From Acholeplasma laidlawii PG-8A (GTDB lineage Bacteria > Bacillota_I > Bacilli_A > Acholeplasmatales > Acholeplasmataceae): DNA of 32,000 nt. The notes below the pieces were generated by a model that worked only from the letters and a program-made list of their open reading frames with translations, did not search any database and was not told the DNA's origin. The translations under genes and the position numbers were made by a program. The stretch spans positions 1,350,001-1,382,000 of the forward strand of contig NC_010163.1 of assembly GCF_000018785.1 (NCBI RefSeq), in the 5' to 3' direction. This document shows, one piece after another, positions 10,252 through 19,716 of this stretch; positions within the stretch are counted from its first letter, which is position 1; every line of letters starts with the position of its first letter.

Positions 10252-11197
10252 CGATGTTACCTACCTTTTTCTTTATAAAGTTTAGGATTGCATTTGTTAA
10301 TAGAATAACAACCATTAAGATAATACCCACAGAAAAACGAATATCATAATCAATACCTGTTGTTTCCTTCATACCTTCTAACATGATGGAGGTTAATGTC
10401 GATGTTGTATCTAAAATGTCAAATGAAAATCCACTTTTTCTACCACCAGCAACTAAAGATACTGCAGTAGCTTCACCTAGTGCTCGACCAATACCTAAAA
10501 TAGCTGATGCAAATATACCGGATTTTGCTGCAGTTAAAACCACTTTAAAATTGGTTTGAGATTTGGTTGCACCAAGTGCAAGGGATGCATTAACAATCTT
10601 TTGATTGACACTACGAATCGCTACCTCAGAAATAGATGCAATTGTTGGAATCGTCATAATTGCTAAAACTAAAACAGTTGCTAGCATGGAGTTACCACCT
10701 TTGGATTGGTAACCAAATGCTGCAGATAAATTGTATACAAAAGGTTTAATAATTGTAGCACCAAATAAACCAAAAATGATCGATGGTATCGATGCTAAAA
10801 TTTCAATGATTGTTCTAAATGTTTCAGATAGTTTTTTTGGTGCGACTCTTGCAATAAAAAGGGCAGTCATTACACCAATTGGTAAAGATATTAATAAAGA
10901 AAGTAATGCAATAAAAATTGTTGACACAATAATAAATCCGATACTATACAAGTTGGACTGGAAAGCAGTACCTGTAAGCCATGTATCACCGGTAATAAAT
11001 CTGAAGAAATCTACACGTCCTAAGCCTTGATTATACGTGACAAAAGGGGTTATCCCCTTAACGATAATGACCCCTACGATGATAAAAATAAATGAGGCTG
11101 AGGCGATTGTAAATACATACAATACGCCTCTAACCATTTTATCTATTAATTTATTATGGTGTTTTATATTATTTGATATATCCGTCATATAACCCAT
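10241..11197 (-). CDS. pstC: Phosphate ABC transporter permease PstC
   Basis: 318 aa, six or more TM segments. EAA loop ASLALGATKSQTNFKVVLTAAKSGI. 11-bp overlap with pstA. Confidence 0.9.
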   Translation of the reverse strand: MGYMTDISNNIKHHNKLIDKMVRGVLYVFTIASASFIFIIVGVIIVKGITPFVTYNQGLGRVDFFRFITGDTWLTGTAFQSNLYSIGFIIVSTIFIALLSLLISLPIGVMTALFIARVAPKKLSETFRTIIEILASIPSIIFGLFGATIIKPFVYNLSAAFGYQSKGGNSMLATVLVLAIMTIPTIASISEVAIRSVNQKIVNASLALGATKSQTNFKVVLTAAKSGIFASAILGIGRALGEATAVSLVAGGRKSGFSFDILDTTSTLTSIMLEGMKETTGIDYDIRFSVGIILMVVILLTNAILNFIKKKVGNIDVK

Positions 11198-11216
11198 CCT
11201 TACTTAAACACATAAC

Positions 11217-12161
11217 TTATGCTTGGGCTGTTAAGATTGCACCCCAAGTTTTATAAGTGCCATTGTAAATACCTTTTAGTTGTTCAGCAGTAATGTTAGA
11301 CACTGGATTGTTTTTATGTACAATTGCAACAATTGCGTCCCACGCTAATTGTCCAGTATGTTCAACATCTGAACCTGCAATTTCACTTGCTGTGAATGGT
11401 CTAGATGAGAACCCAACATCTTTACCTACTGATGTATCTTTTACTGCTGGATCCCAAGTTCTTTTGAATGCATCTCCAGAACCTGTATGATCATGCTCAG
11501 CAATAAAGTTACCAGCTTTAGGTTTAAATGCGTTTGTAAGTGCTTCTGCTACTTTTTGGATAGAATCTGATCCACCAAATCTTACAGTAACGCCTGAGTT
11601 ATCTTGATTTGTAACTGGGTGATTTGCTTTAATATCATCCCATGTTTGTGTTGCAGGTAGTGCTATCGCACCACTGTTATTAATAATATCTGATGCATCC
11701 GTTGTACCTAGGAAAGCAACAAAAGCTTCTACTAACTGTTCAACAGTTTCTGATGCATAATCACCGCTTGCTCTTGTCATATACATAAATGGTCTTTTTA
11801 ATCCATATGTATCATTTAATACATTCGCAACCGTTGGTTTTACACCTTCAAAATTTAAGCCTTTAACTTGGTTATTTAGTGTAGATAATGAAATATAACC
11901 AATACCATATTCATCTGTTTGCATGGATGAAAATATTTGAGTGTTATCTTGTGTAACAAACCCTCGCACTAATACTGAGTCATTTGCAGATGCTTCTTTA
12001 AACCCAATACCTTCCATAAATCCGGCACGTGTTCCAGAAGTTGTATCTCTTGTATAAACTACGATATTAGCATCTTCATTAAATCCATCGTTTGATGGTC
12101 CACATGCTACAAGTAATACTGATAAAACTATAACCGATAAGATTGAAAAAGTTTTTTTCAT
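11217..12161 (-). CDS. pstS: Phosphate-binding lipoprotein PstS
   Basis: 314 aa. Signal peptide with lipobox LLVAC-G. TRDTTSGTR phosphate-binding-type motif. First gene of the pst cluster. Confidence 0.88.
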   Translation of the reverse strand: MKKTFSILSVIVLSVLLVACGPSNDGFNEDANIVVYTRDTTSGTRAGFMEGIGFKEASANDSVLVRGFVTQDNTQIFSSMQTDEYGIGYISLSTLNNQVKGLNFEGVKPTVANVLNDTYGLKRPFMYMTRASGDYASETVEQLVEAFVAFLGTTDASDIINNSGAIALPATQTWDDIKANHPVTNQDNSGVTVRFGGSDSIQKVAEALTNAFKPKAGNFIAEHDHTGSGDAFKRTWDPAVKDTSVGKDVGFSSRPFTASEIAGSDVEHTGQLAWDAIVAIVHKNNPVSNITAEQLKGIYNGTYKTWGAILTAQA

Positions 12162-12189
12162 GTTATCTCCTTAGATTTAAATTTTCTAC

Positions 12190-12259
12190 CCTAATTATAG
12201 ACTTTTAAAATCGGTAGAAAAACCAAAGGATGTAAGGAGATTGTAAAGATTTTGTAAAG
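12190..12259 (-). promoter_or_regulatory. pstS promoter with PhoP-type direct repeats (Pho boxes)
   Basis: The minus strand reads CTTTACAaaatCTTTACAatctCCTTACA. These are three TT(T)ACA-type hexamers at exact 11-bp spacing (plus-strand tgtaagg 12231-12237, tgtaaag 12242-12248, tgtaaag 12253-12259). A TATAAT follows about 31 nt downstream (plus-strand attata 12195-12200), and the RBS is aaggagat. Confidence 0.6.
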
Positions 12260-13168
12260 TTATTTTTTAATACGTTTACTCATAATTGTTGAGGATAATA
12301 CAAGTAGTCCCATACTTAAGAGGATGCACCCTATCATAATAACAAACATAGGTACATCGATACCCAAGATACCCAACTCATTAAATCCATAAGCAACCTT
12401 AAGTTCACCCATCACTTCATTATATTGTTCCAGTGATTCAAACTTGTTTGGATCAAACAAATCAAATGCTTGTGTCATCACGACACGCTTTAATAAAATA
12501 TTCATATGTGTAAATGGTACAAGGCTAGCAACCTTTGTCATAAACTCCGGTAACACAAATAGTGGCATATAAATACCTGATGTAAACCCGATGAATGTAC
12601 CAAACACACCAGATACTGCACCAAATGCATTCACTGATTTAATTAATGATGTAATAAATATCATGATTGCAGTAGAGATAAATGAAAACAATACAACAAG
12701 TAAGATACTTTGAATATAAATCATGAATGCTAAATGTTCACCGGTTGAAATACCCATAATTAAAAAGGCTGCAACTGTTAGTAGTATTGAGATAATAACT
12801 GTAATAACAAATGAAGATAGATAGTAAGCTAGTATGACTTTATAACGTTTTACTGGTGTGACTAGAAAACTATCAATTTGACGATACTCAAAGTCATTAA
12901 TGATGTTACCCAAATTACCTAATGGAATAGATACGCTATTAATTACAATTAATCCAGGGATTAATTGTGAGTACACTAAGAAGGTAATTTGGTTATCTGT
13001 TAAGATACCTTCTAATCCACCCGGTCTTAAGTTATTACCTAAAAATAGAATATATAATCCAAGTAAGATTATAACTGATAGGAATGAGAAAAAGACTGCT
13101 GTTTTATCTCTTAAATAGGCTTTGATATTACGATTTACTAACGATATTGTACTATACATTTTGTTCAC
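12260..13168 (-). CDS. ABC-2 type transporter permease
   Basis: 302 aa, six predicted TM helices. 17-bp overlap with the upstream ATPase gene. Typical ABC-2 exporter organisation. Confidence 0.82.
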   Translation of the reverse strand: MNKMYSTISLVNRNIKAYLRDKTAVFFSFLSVIILLGLYILFLGNNLRPGGLEGILTDNQITFLVYSQLIPGLIVINSVSIPLGNLGNIINDFEYRQIDSFLVTPVKRYKVILAYYLSSFVITVIISILLTVAAFLIMGISTGEHLAFMIYIQSILLVVLFSFISTAIMIFITSLIKSVNAFGAVSGVFGTFIGFTSGIYMPLFVLPEFMTKVASLVPFTHMNILLKRVVMTQAFDLFDPNKFESLEQYNEVMGELKVAYGFNELGILGIDVPMFVIMIGCILLSMGLLVLSSTIMSKRIKK

Positions 13169-14054
13169 CTACTACATTGACAAACACATCATCTAATGTA
13201 CCCTTTACAACTTCAAATGTTTTAATGTTTTCTTTAATATCTGTAATTAAGTCCAGTGTATCTTGAGTATCTTTAATTTCAATATAATATTGATCAGCAA
13301 TGAGCTCATATACTCTTTTTTGTTTATCTAAATAGTTAATCAGTAACACTTTATCTTTAGGTACAACCCTAAAGTAGTCCTTAGAATACTTATCCTTTAA
13401 CTCCGATGGTGAACCATGTACAACAATATTCCCCTTATGGATAACTACAATATGATCTGCATTGGCAGCTTCTTCCATGTAGTGTGTTGTTAAAAATACT
13501 GTGATACCATCATGTTTTCTTAAATCATTAATTACACGCCAAATCACTTGGCGTGTTTCAGGGTCAAGCCCTGTTGTTGGTTCATCTAATATAAGTAGTT
13601 CCGGATTAGAAAATAATGCTCTGGCAATTTCTACTCTTCTTTTTTGCCCACCAGATAAGGTTTTAAATCTTTGGTTTTCAATTTCAATTAAATTAAGTTT
13701 TTCCGCTAAAATTTCATATCTAGCTAAAACTTCCTTTTTTGAACTTAAATATAAAGCGCCTCTATTAAGTAAATTTTCCTTAACTGTAAGAGCTCCATCT
13801 AATACGTTATCTTGAAAGACGACACCAATATGATTTCTAATGTAGTTTTCATCCGTCTTACCATTTAAAAGGACTTTCCCACCATCTTTTTCAAGTAGTG
13901 TGATAATCATTCTGATGGTTGTAGACTTACCTGCACCGTTTTGACCTAAAAAGGCATAAAGTTCACCTTTTCTTACATAAAAAGAAATATTGTTGACGGC
14001 AGTTAGCTCACCATATTTCTTGTGTAGATTATTGACTTCTAATATTTTTTCCAT
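13152..14054 (-). CDS. ABC transporter ATP-binding protein (ABC-2 / DrrA-like exporter)
   Basis: Walker A GQNGAGKST, signature LSGGQKRRVEIA, Walker B LLILDEPTTGLD, H-loop TTHYMEEA. Confidence 0.92.
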   Translation of the reverse strand: MEKILEVNNLHKKYGELTAVNNISFYVRKGELYAFLGQNGAGKSTTIRMIITLLEKDGGKVLLNGKTDENYIRNHIGVVFQDNVLDGALTVKENLLNRGALYLSSKKEVLARYEILAEKLNLIEIENQRFKTLSGGQKRRVEIARALFSNPELLILDEPTTGLDPETRQVIWRVINDLRKHDGITVFLTTHYMEEAANADHIVVIHKGNIVVHGSPSELKDKYSKDYFRVVPKDKVLLINYLDKQKRVYELIADQYYIEIKDTQDTLDLITDIKENIKTFEVVKGTLDDVFVNVVGEQNV

Positions 14055-14072
14055 GTATTCCTTTTCCCTTTT

Positions 14073-14981
14073 CTAAAACAATTTATTTATTTTCTTTGGG
14101 TGTACATAAACTTCTATTTCTTCTTTTAATGTCTTAACTATAATTTCACCAGTCGGACCAGCTTCACCATCTACATTCCAAATATATTTATCTGGTAATG
14201 TAATCTTTGCATAATCAGTTGTGATATGTATATCGTTGTGGAAGTATCTTCCTTTAAACAAATAAAACCAAATAATTTTCATCCATGAAAATATATGGTT
14301 TCTTGTAAAGATACGTATGTTGACTTTACCATCGTTAAACTTAGTATCTTTTGTAAACTTACTTATATTAAATCCACCTACTCTAGAACCTGAGGCGATC
14401 AATATAAGAAATGCTTTTCTATGTATTTTTAGGTTTTTAGTCTCTAAACATAGATTCATGTGATACTTATTGAAAAGATCTCTTTTTGCATTCATTAAAT
14501 AACCAAAAGAACCCATTTTTTTCAAGGTACTTCTATTAATAGTGTAACTTACATTAGAAAATTTACCAACAGCTGCCGCATAAACAAAAAACTCATTGTT
14601 GAGACTATATACATCGCTATATCTGTAGTGACTGGTTTTTAGAAGTGTTAGATTAAATTCTAAATCTTTACCTAATCCTAGCATATTAGCATAATCATTT
14701 GTTGTACCAAATGGTAAAATTAATAGTCTAGGTCTTTTATCTTTACTAATACTCATAAGACCATTGATAACTGAATGAATTGTACCATCACCTCCAGCAA
14801 TGGTAATTACATCATAATTTGGCGCCAATTTTTCAATGTCATGTGCTACTTTATCCGTTACCCTAATATCATATATATCATATTTAAAATTGTTTAGTTT
14901 AAAAAAGGTTTTGACTTTACCAAAACTTTGCATAAATTTTCCATTACCTGAAGATACGTTGTATATCAGCAATATGTTCAT
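14073..14981 (-). CDS. Diacylglycerol-kinase-family lipid kinase (YegS/DagK/BmrU family)
   Basis: 302 aa. N-terminal NVSSGNG and the GGDGT motif (ITIAGGDGTIHSVINGL), then LPFGTTNDYA. Confidence 0.85.
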   Translation of the reverse strand: MNILLIYNVSSGNGKFMQSFGKVKTFFKLNNFKYDIYDIRVTDKVAHDIEKLAPNYDVITIAGGDGTIHSVINGLMSISKDKRPRLLILPFGTTNDYANMLGLGKDLEFNLTLLKTSHYRYSDVYSLNNEFFVYAAAVGKFSNVSYTINRSTLKKMGSFGYLMNAKRDLFNKYHMNLCLETKNLKIHRKAFLILIASGSRVGGFNISKFTKDTKFNDGKVNIRIFTRNHIFSWMKIIWFYLFKGRYFHNDIHITTDYAKITLPDKYIWNVDGEAGPTGEIIVKTLKEEIEVYVHPKKINKLF

Positions 14982-15057
14982 AATCTTTTCCCCTGAGTAC
15001 CTTATAGTTCCATTATATAATATTATTATGATAAGATTAATTAAACGAGGTAATAAA

Positions 15058-15975
15058 ATGAAAACTATACATGCAATCAGTCAAGATCCTTACTTTAATT
15101 TAGCTTGGGAAGAATATATATTTAAACATATCCATAAAGATGAAGACATCTTTTTGTTGTGGCAAAATGCCCCTTCTATCATAATTGGAAGAAATCAAAA
15201 TGTATTTGAAGAAGTCTATTTAGATTATATTGTTAAACATCATATACCCCTGATACGTAGAAACTCAGGTGGTGGTACAGTCTATCATGATCTAGGTAAT
15301 ATTAATTTTAGTTTTATGACAAGCGCTAAAGGCACAATCAATAATTATAAGTTGATGACAGAAAAGATCAGGGAAGCTTTAAAAAAGTTAGGTATACCAG
15401 TTGAATTTATCGAAAAGTCAGACTTAAAAGTGAATGGTTTAAAGGTTAGTGGTAATTCTCAGTTCGTCTTTAAAGATAAACTACTGCATCACGGCACACT
15501 ACTTTTCGACTCTAATTTAGATACACTAAATAGCGTGATTAAACCTAAACATGATGCAATCGATAGTATCGGTGTGAAGTCCAATCGTTCTTTAGTGACA
15601 AACTTAAAAGAATATACTTCCCTTTCTATTGAAGAATTTAAGGCTTATTTACTCAAAGAAATAAGTGGTGAAAGTGAAGTATTAGAATTATCTACCAAAG
15701 ATATTAAGAAAATTGAAATGCTTAAAGAAGAACGTTACTTATCATTTAACTGGAATTATGGACAATCTCCAAAATCCACAATTATTAAGTCTTTGGGGGA
15801 CTACAGTATTAAATTGACTGTGAGTTTTGGTCATGTTGAGGACTGTTTTATTATGCATGAAGGTACGGTTGCACTTTCTTTATCATCTAGTTTAGTTGGG
15901 GAAAGACTTTTCCCAACCGACTTAAGTTTCTTAAAGAAAAAAGCACCTGAAGTATATCAGATGCTTTTTGAATAA
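15058..15975 (+). CDS. lplA: Lipoate-protein ligase
   Basis: The ATG at 15058 is preceded by aaacgaggtaataaa. The N-terminus MKTIHAISQDPYFNLAWEEYIF is typical of LplA. RRNSGGGTVYHDLGN is present, as is the catalytic-lysine context LKVSGNSQ. The ORF-track start at 14836 lies inside the opposite-strand kinase gene and is an artefactual extension. Confidence 0.9.
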   Translation: MKTIHAISQDPYFNLAWEEYIFKHIHKDEDIFLLWQNAPSIIIGRNQNVFEEVYLDYIVKHHIPLIRRNSGGGTVYHDLGNINFSFMTSAKGTINNYKLMTEKIREALKKLGIPVEFIEKSDLKVNGLKVSGNSQFVFKDKLLHHGTLLFDSNLDTLNSVIKPKHDAIDSIGVKSNRSLVTNLKEYTSLSIEEFKAYLLKEISGESEVLELSTKDIKKIEMLKEERYLSFNWNYGQSPKSTIIKSLGDYSIKLTVSFGHVEDCFIMHEGTVALSLSSSLVGERLFPTDLSFLKKKAPEVYQMLFE

Positions 15976-15979
15976 GTTA

Positions 15980-16618
15980 TTATGATAAATCGCCTAATAC
16001 AGGCACTACAACTTTTTCAAATTGGCCAATAATTGGTCCTAATAAGAATGCAGATACTAATGTAAACCAACCAATTTGTATAAAGTTGTTTGCTATAAAT
16101 GCTAATGTAATAGCAATTGAAATCATCACTGCTTCAATTGCAACTTTAGCAACCCAGGTCTTCTTAATGTAATTCTTTAAGTGGACCAAAAATACTTCTG
16201 ATGGTGCAAGTGGCATAGTTTTATTTGTAATAATAATAGATAAACTAAATCCTGATAAGATTAGGCCAACAAACGCCATTGCTGCATTAAACCACATATC
16301 ATGGCCAGCTGCACTATAGTGTACTAATACATATTTAAACCATAAATCCATTAATGATCCAAATCCAAATACGATAATTAATGACCAAAATACATAAGGC
16401 TTTTTAATGATTGCAAAGTTTAATAAAACCCATACAAGACCAAATAAAATAGATGACATACCAATTGTAAAGAAATCGTTTGGAATTAATTCAGATATAT
16501 AGTAGCTAATTGCATCATAAGGGAATGCACCTTGTTCGGTTTTTACAATAAGTGATACAGCAAACGTCATAATTGAGAAACCAACAATATGCGTCATGAT
16601 TTTTTTAAATAATTTCAT
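15980..16618 (-). CDS. Integral membrane protein, YczE/YitT-like (function unknown)
   Basis: 212 aa, about 6 TM helices. The N-terminal segment GFSIMTFAVSLIVKTEQGAFPYDAISYYISE resembles the YczE-family signature. It lies 58 bp downstream of pdhD with no terminator between them. Confidence 0.6.
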   Translation of the reverse strand: MKLFKKIMTHIVGFSIMTFAVSLIVKTEQGAFPYDAISYYISELIPNDFFTIGMSSILFGLVWVLLNFAIIKKPYVFWSLIIVFGFGSLMDLWFKYVLVHYSAAGHDMWFNAAMAFVGLILSGFSLSIIITNKTMPLAPSEVFLVHLKNYIKKTWVAKVAIEAVMISIAITLAFIANNFIQIGWFTLVSAFLLGPIIGQFEKVVVPVLGDLS

Positions 16619-16676
16619 AGTTCTTCCTTTAAGTAGTATTTTATTTTATAAAATATATTTAGTTATTTACTAAGTA

Positions 16677-18053
16677 TTAAATATGGATTGCTTTATCAAT
16701 TGCACCGTGTGCAGCTTCTTTAGTTAATTCAGAAAGTGTTGGGTGTGGGTGAACTGCATGAGCAATTTCATGTGCAGTAGCCTCAGATGTCATAGCAACA
16801 GCATACTCAGAAATTAATTCTGTAGCATTGTATGCATAAATATGTGCACCAAGAACTTCTAAGTATTTCTTATCCACGATTAATTTAACAAAACCTTCTT
16901 TTTCACCATCTGCTACAGCTTTACCAATTGCAGCAATAGGTACTTTAGATACTTTATAATCTAATCCTCTTGCTTTAGCTTCTCTTTCAGTTAAGCCAAT
17001 CGCTGCAATTTCTGGGAAACCATAAATTGCTGAAGGGATTTGATCATAGTTCATCTTAGCGTGACCTATTTTTAGGATATGTTGAACAGCTGTGATACCT
17101 TCATGTTCTGCAACGTGTGCTAACATGAATTTACCGTTAACGTCTCCAATAGCGTAAACACCAGGAACATTGGTTTGTAGGTATTCATTTGTTTTAATGT
17201 TTGCGCGGTCCATTTCTAATCCTAAATGCTCTAGGCCTTTAGAATTTGCACGTGTACCAACTGACATTAAAATTAAGTCACCTTCAATTGTAGTTTCTTT
17301 ACCATCTAAGCTATAAGTTACTTTATGGTCATCAACCTTTTTAACTTCTGCTTTAGTTAGAATTTCGATACCGTCACGTTTTAATGTTTTAGCATAAGCC
17401 ACACGGATATCATCATCCATAGTTGGTAAGATACCATCCATCATTTCAATGATAGTTACTTTAGAACCGAATGAATTAAATACTGTTGCAAACTCAACAC
17501 CAATAACACCACCACCTACGATAACGATAGATTTTGGATAGTTTTTAACATTTAATAATTCACGGCTTGTTACAACGATACCTTTTTCATATGCTTCTTT
17601 AACACCAGGAATTGGTGGTACTACAGCAGATGAACCGGTTGCGATAATAACATTTTTAGTTTTTAGTGATTCGCCGTTTACGACAACTTCATTTGCTGAT
17701 TTAATGTCACCAAACCCGTTATAAACGTCTACACCATTTTTCTTTAATAAGAATGCGACACCATTAGTTAATTGCTTAACAACGCCATCTTTTCTAGATA
17801 CAATTTTTGACCAGTCAAAGCCAACTTCACCTGATGTTGATACACCAAAGTCCATTGATTTTTTAACAGTGTTAAATACTTTAGCAGATTTTAAGAATGT
17901 TTTAGTTGGAATACAACCGTGGTTTAAACAAATACCACCAACAACTTCTTTTTCTACTAGAGCGACTTTTGCACCATATTGTGCAGCTTTAATCGCAGCT
18001 ACGTAACCGCCGGGACCTCCACCAACAATTATGATTTCATATTCTTTTGACAT
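16677..18053 (-). CDS. pdhD: Dihydrolipoyl dehydrogenase (E3)
   Basis: 458 aa. FAD motif VGGGPGGYVAA, redox-active disulfide CLNHGCIPTK, NAD motif VGGGVIGVEF, C-terminal HPHPTLSE. Confidence 0.96.
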   Translation of the reverse strand: MSKEYEIIIVGGGPGGYVAAIKAAQYGAKVALVEKEVVGGICLNHGCIPTKTFLKSAKVFNTVKKSMDFGVSTSGEVGFDWSKIVSRKDGVVKQLTNGVAFLLKKNGVDVYNGFGDIKSANEVVVNGESLKTKNVIIATGSSAVVPPIPGVKEAYEKGIVVTSRELLNVKNYPKSIVIVGGGVIGVEFATVFNSFGSKVTIIEMMDGILPTMDDDIRVAYAKTLKRDGIEILTKAEVKKVDDHKVTYSLDGKETTIEGDLILMSVGTRANSKGLEHLGLEMDRANIKTNEYLQTNVPGVYAIGDVNGKFMLAHVAEHEGITAVQHILKIGHAKMNYDQIPSAIYGFPEIAAIGLTEREAKARGLDYKVSKVPIAAIGKAVADGEKEGFVKLIVDKKYLEVLGAHIYAYNATELISEYAVAMTSEATAHEIAHAVHPHPTLSELTKEAAHGAIDKAIHI

Positions 18054-18068
18054 TTTGGAGTTCCTTTC

Positions 18069-19703
18069 TTAGCTTAATAACAATAATGTAGGGTTAGTTA
18101 ATAACTCTTTTACTCTCATTAAGAATCTACCACCATCTGCACCATCAATGATTCTGTGGTCAACAGCTAATGATAATGGTAATGTATGAGCAATTTTAAT
18201 TTCATTACCTACAACCCAAGGTTTTCTATCAATCTTACCAATACCTAAGATTGCCAATTCTGGGTAGTTAATTACAGGTGTTCCAAATGCAATACCTGCT
18301 GAACCAAAGTTAGTGATTGTAAATGTACCACCAGTTTGTTGATCCATAGAAATCTTTCTTGCAATTGTATCATCAGCAAGTGAACGCACTTGTGAAGCAA
18401 GTTCAAATACACTTAGTCTGTCTGCATTCTTGATATTTGGAACAATTAAACCATCTGGTGTATCAACAGCCATACCTAGGTTAATGAATTTTTTGATATA
18501 CACTTCATCTGTATCATGGTTAAATGATGCATTGAACATTGGGAATTCTTTTAATGCAATTAATACTGCTTTAGCAATAAATGCCATGTAAGTTAATTTA
18601 ATACCTTTAGATTCAGCTAAACCTTTAGCTTCATTTCTAAAGTTTACTAATGCATCTACGTTGATTTCATCCATTAATACTGTTTCAGGAATAATAGATT
18701 TAGAACGTGTCATTGCATTAGATACTGCTTTACGTAAACGTGTGATCTTAACAACTTCAACATCACCTTGTGGTTTACCTGCAGCAGCAAAACTTGGAGC
18801 AACTGAAGCAGCTGCTTGTGCTGGAGCCTGTGTTTGTTGAACTGGTGCTTGAGCCTTAGCTGGAGCTTTAGAGTTTTGAACATCATCTTTCATAACTCTA
18901 CCTTGTTCGCCACTACCTTTAATAGTTGCAATATCAACACCTAAATCACTTGCTAATTTACGAGCAACTGGAGACGCTAATACTTTACCAGTAGTTGCAA
19001 CAACATGAACTTCTTCTGAACCACCGATGATATCATCAGATACTTCGATTTCACCAACAACACCTGCACCTTTTTTAGGTTCAGATACTGGAGCTTCAGC
19101 TTTTGGAGCTTGAGCTTGTTCTAATGTAGCACCATTTTGTCCAATTAATACAACAGTTTCGCCTACGTGAATCACTTCACCTTCAGCTTTACCTAATTTT
19201 AGGATAGTTCCATCTACTGGAGATGGTAATTCAGCGTTCACTTTATCTGTTTCAACAACAACTAATGTTTCGCCTTCTTTTACTTTGTCGCCAACTTTGA
19301 AGTTCCATTGTAGAATTGTTCCTTCATGGATACCTTCTCCAATGTCAGCAAATTTGAAATCATAGATATCGCCACTTGCAGCTGGTGCAGCTACTTGAGG
19401 TGCTGCAGCTGGTGCTGGAGTTGGAGCTGATACTTGAGCAGGAGCTGGAGCAGCAGCAGGTGTACCTGTGCCGTCATCGATTGTAACGATGATTTGACCA
19501 ACGTGAATTTCTTCACCTTCTTTAGCACCTAATGAAACAATTGTTCCATCAACTGGAGATGGTAATTCAGCGTTTACTTTGTCTGTTTCAACAATAACTA
19601 ATGTTTCGCCTTCTTTTACTTTATCTCCAACTTTAAAATTCCATTGTAAGACGGTACCTTCATGGATACCTTCGCCGATGTCGGCAAATTTAAATTCATA
19701 CAT
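18069..19703 (-). CDS. pdhC: Dihydrolipoamide acetyltransferase (E2) with two lipoyl domains
   Basis: 544 aa. Two lipoyl domains (VETDKVNAELPSP twice), Ala/Pro-rich linkers, a peripheral-subunit-binding domain (ASPVARKLASDLGVD) and the catalytic DHRIIDGADGGRF. Confidence 0.96.
   Translation of the reverse strand: MYEFKFADIGEGIHEGTVLQWNFKVGDKVKEGETLVIVETDKVNAELPSPVDGTIVSLGAKEGEEIHVGQIIVTIDDGTGTPAAAPAPAQVSAPTPAPAAAPQVAAPAASGDIYDFKFADIGEGIHEGTILQWNFKVGDKVKEGETLVVVETDKVNAELPSPVDGTILKLGKAEGEVIHVGETVVLIGQNGATLEQAQAPKAEAPVSEPKKGAGVVGEIEVSDDIIGGSEEVHVVATTGKVLASPVARKLASDLGVDIATIKGSGEQGRVMKDDVQNSKAPAKAQAPVQQTQAPAQAAASVAPSFAAAGKPQGDVEVVKITRLRKAVSNAMTRSKSIIPETVLMDEINVDALVNFRNEAKGLAESKGIKLTYMAFIAKAVLIALKEFPMFNASFNHDTDEVYIKKFINLGMAVDTPDGLIVPNIKNADRLSVFELASQVRSLADDTIARKISMDQQTGGTFTITNFGSAGIAFGTPVINYPELAILGIGKIDRKPWVVGNEIKIAHTLPLSLAVDHRIIDGADGGRFLMRVKELLTNPTLLLLS
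19140..19703 (-). repeat. Tandem intragenic duplication encoding the two lipoyl domains of E2 (336-bp period)
   Basis: aa 2-60 and aa 114-172 are near-identical (YxFKFADIGEGIHEGT[VI]LQWNFKVGDKVKEGETLV[IV]VETDKVNAELPSPVDGTI). The DNA copies at about 19196-19366 and 19532-19703 align by eye with few substitutions. Confidence 0.85.
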
Positions 19704-19716
19704 ATGTCGTACCTCC

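Noticed and set aside
14836-15057. The N-terminal 74 aa of the ORF-track version of the lplA ORF.
   Set aside because: This stretch overlaps the 5' end of the opposite-strand lipid kinase gene and has no LplA similarity. The conserved LplA N-terminus begins at the ATG at 15058, which has an RBS.
18780-19480. GC-rich short repeats (gctggagc / gcagcagc) that look like a microsatellite or a CRISPR-like periodicity.
   Set aside because: They are in frame within pdhC and encode the Ala/Pro-rich inter-domain linkers typical of E2 proteins. There is no repeat-spacer architecture.
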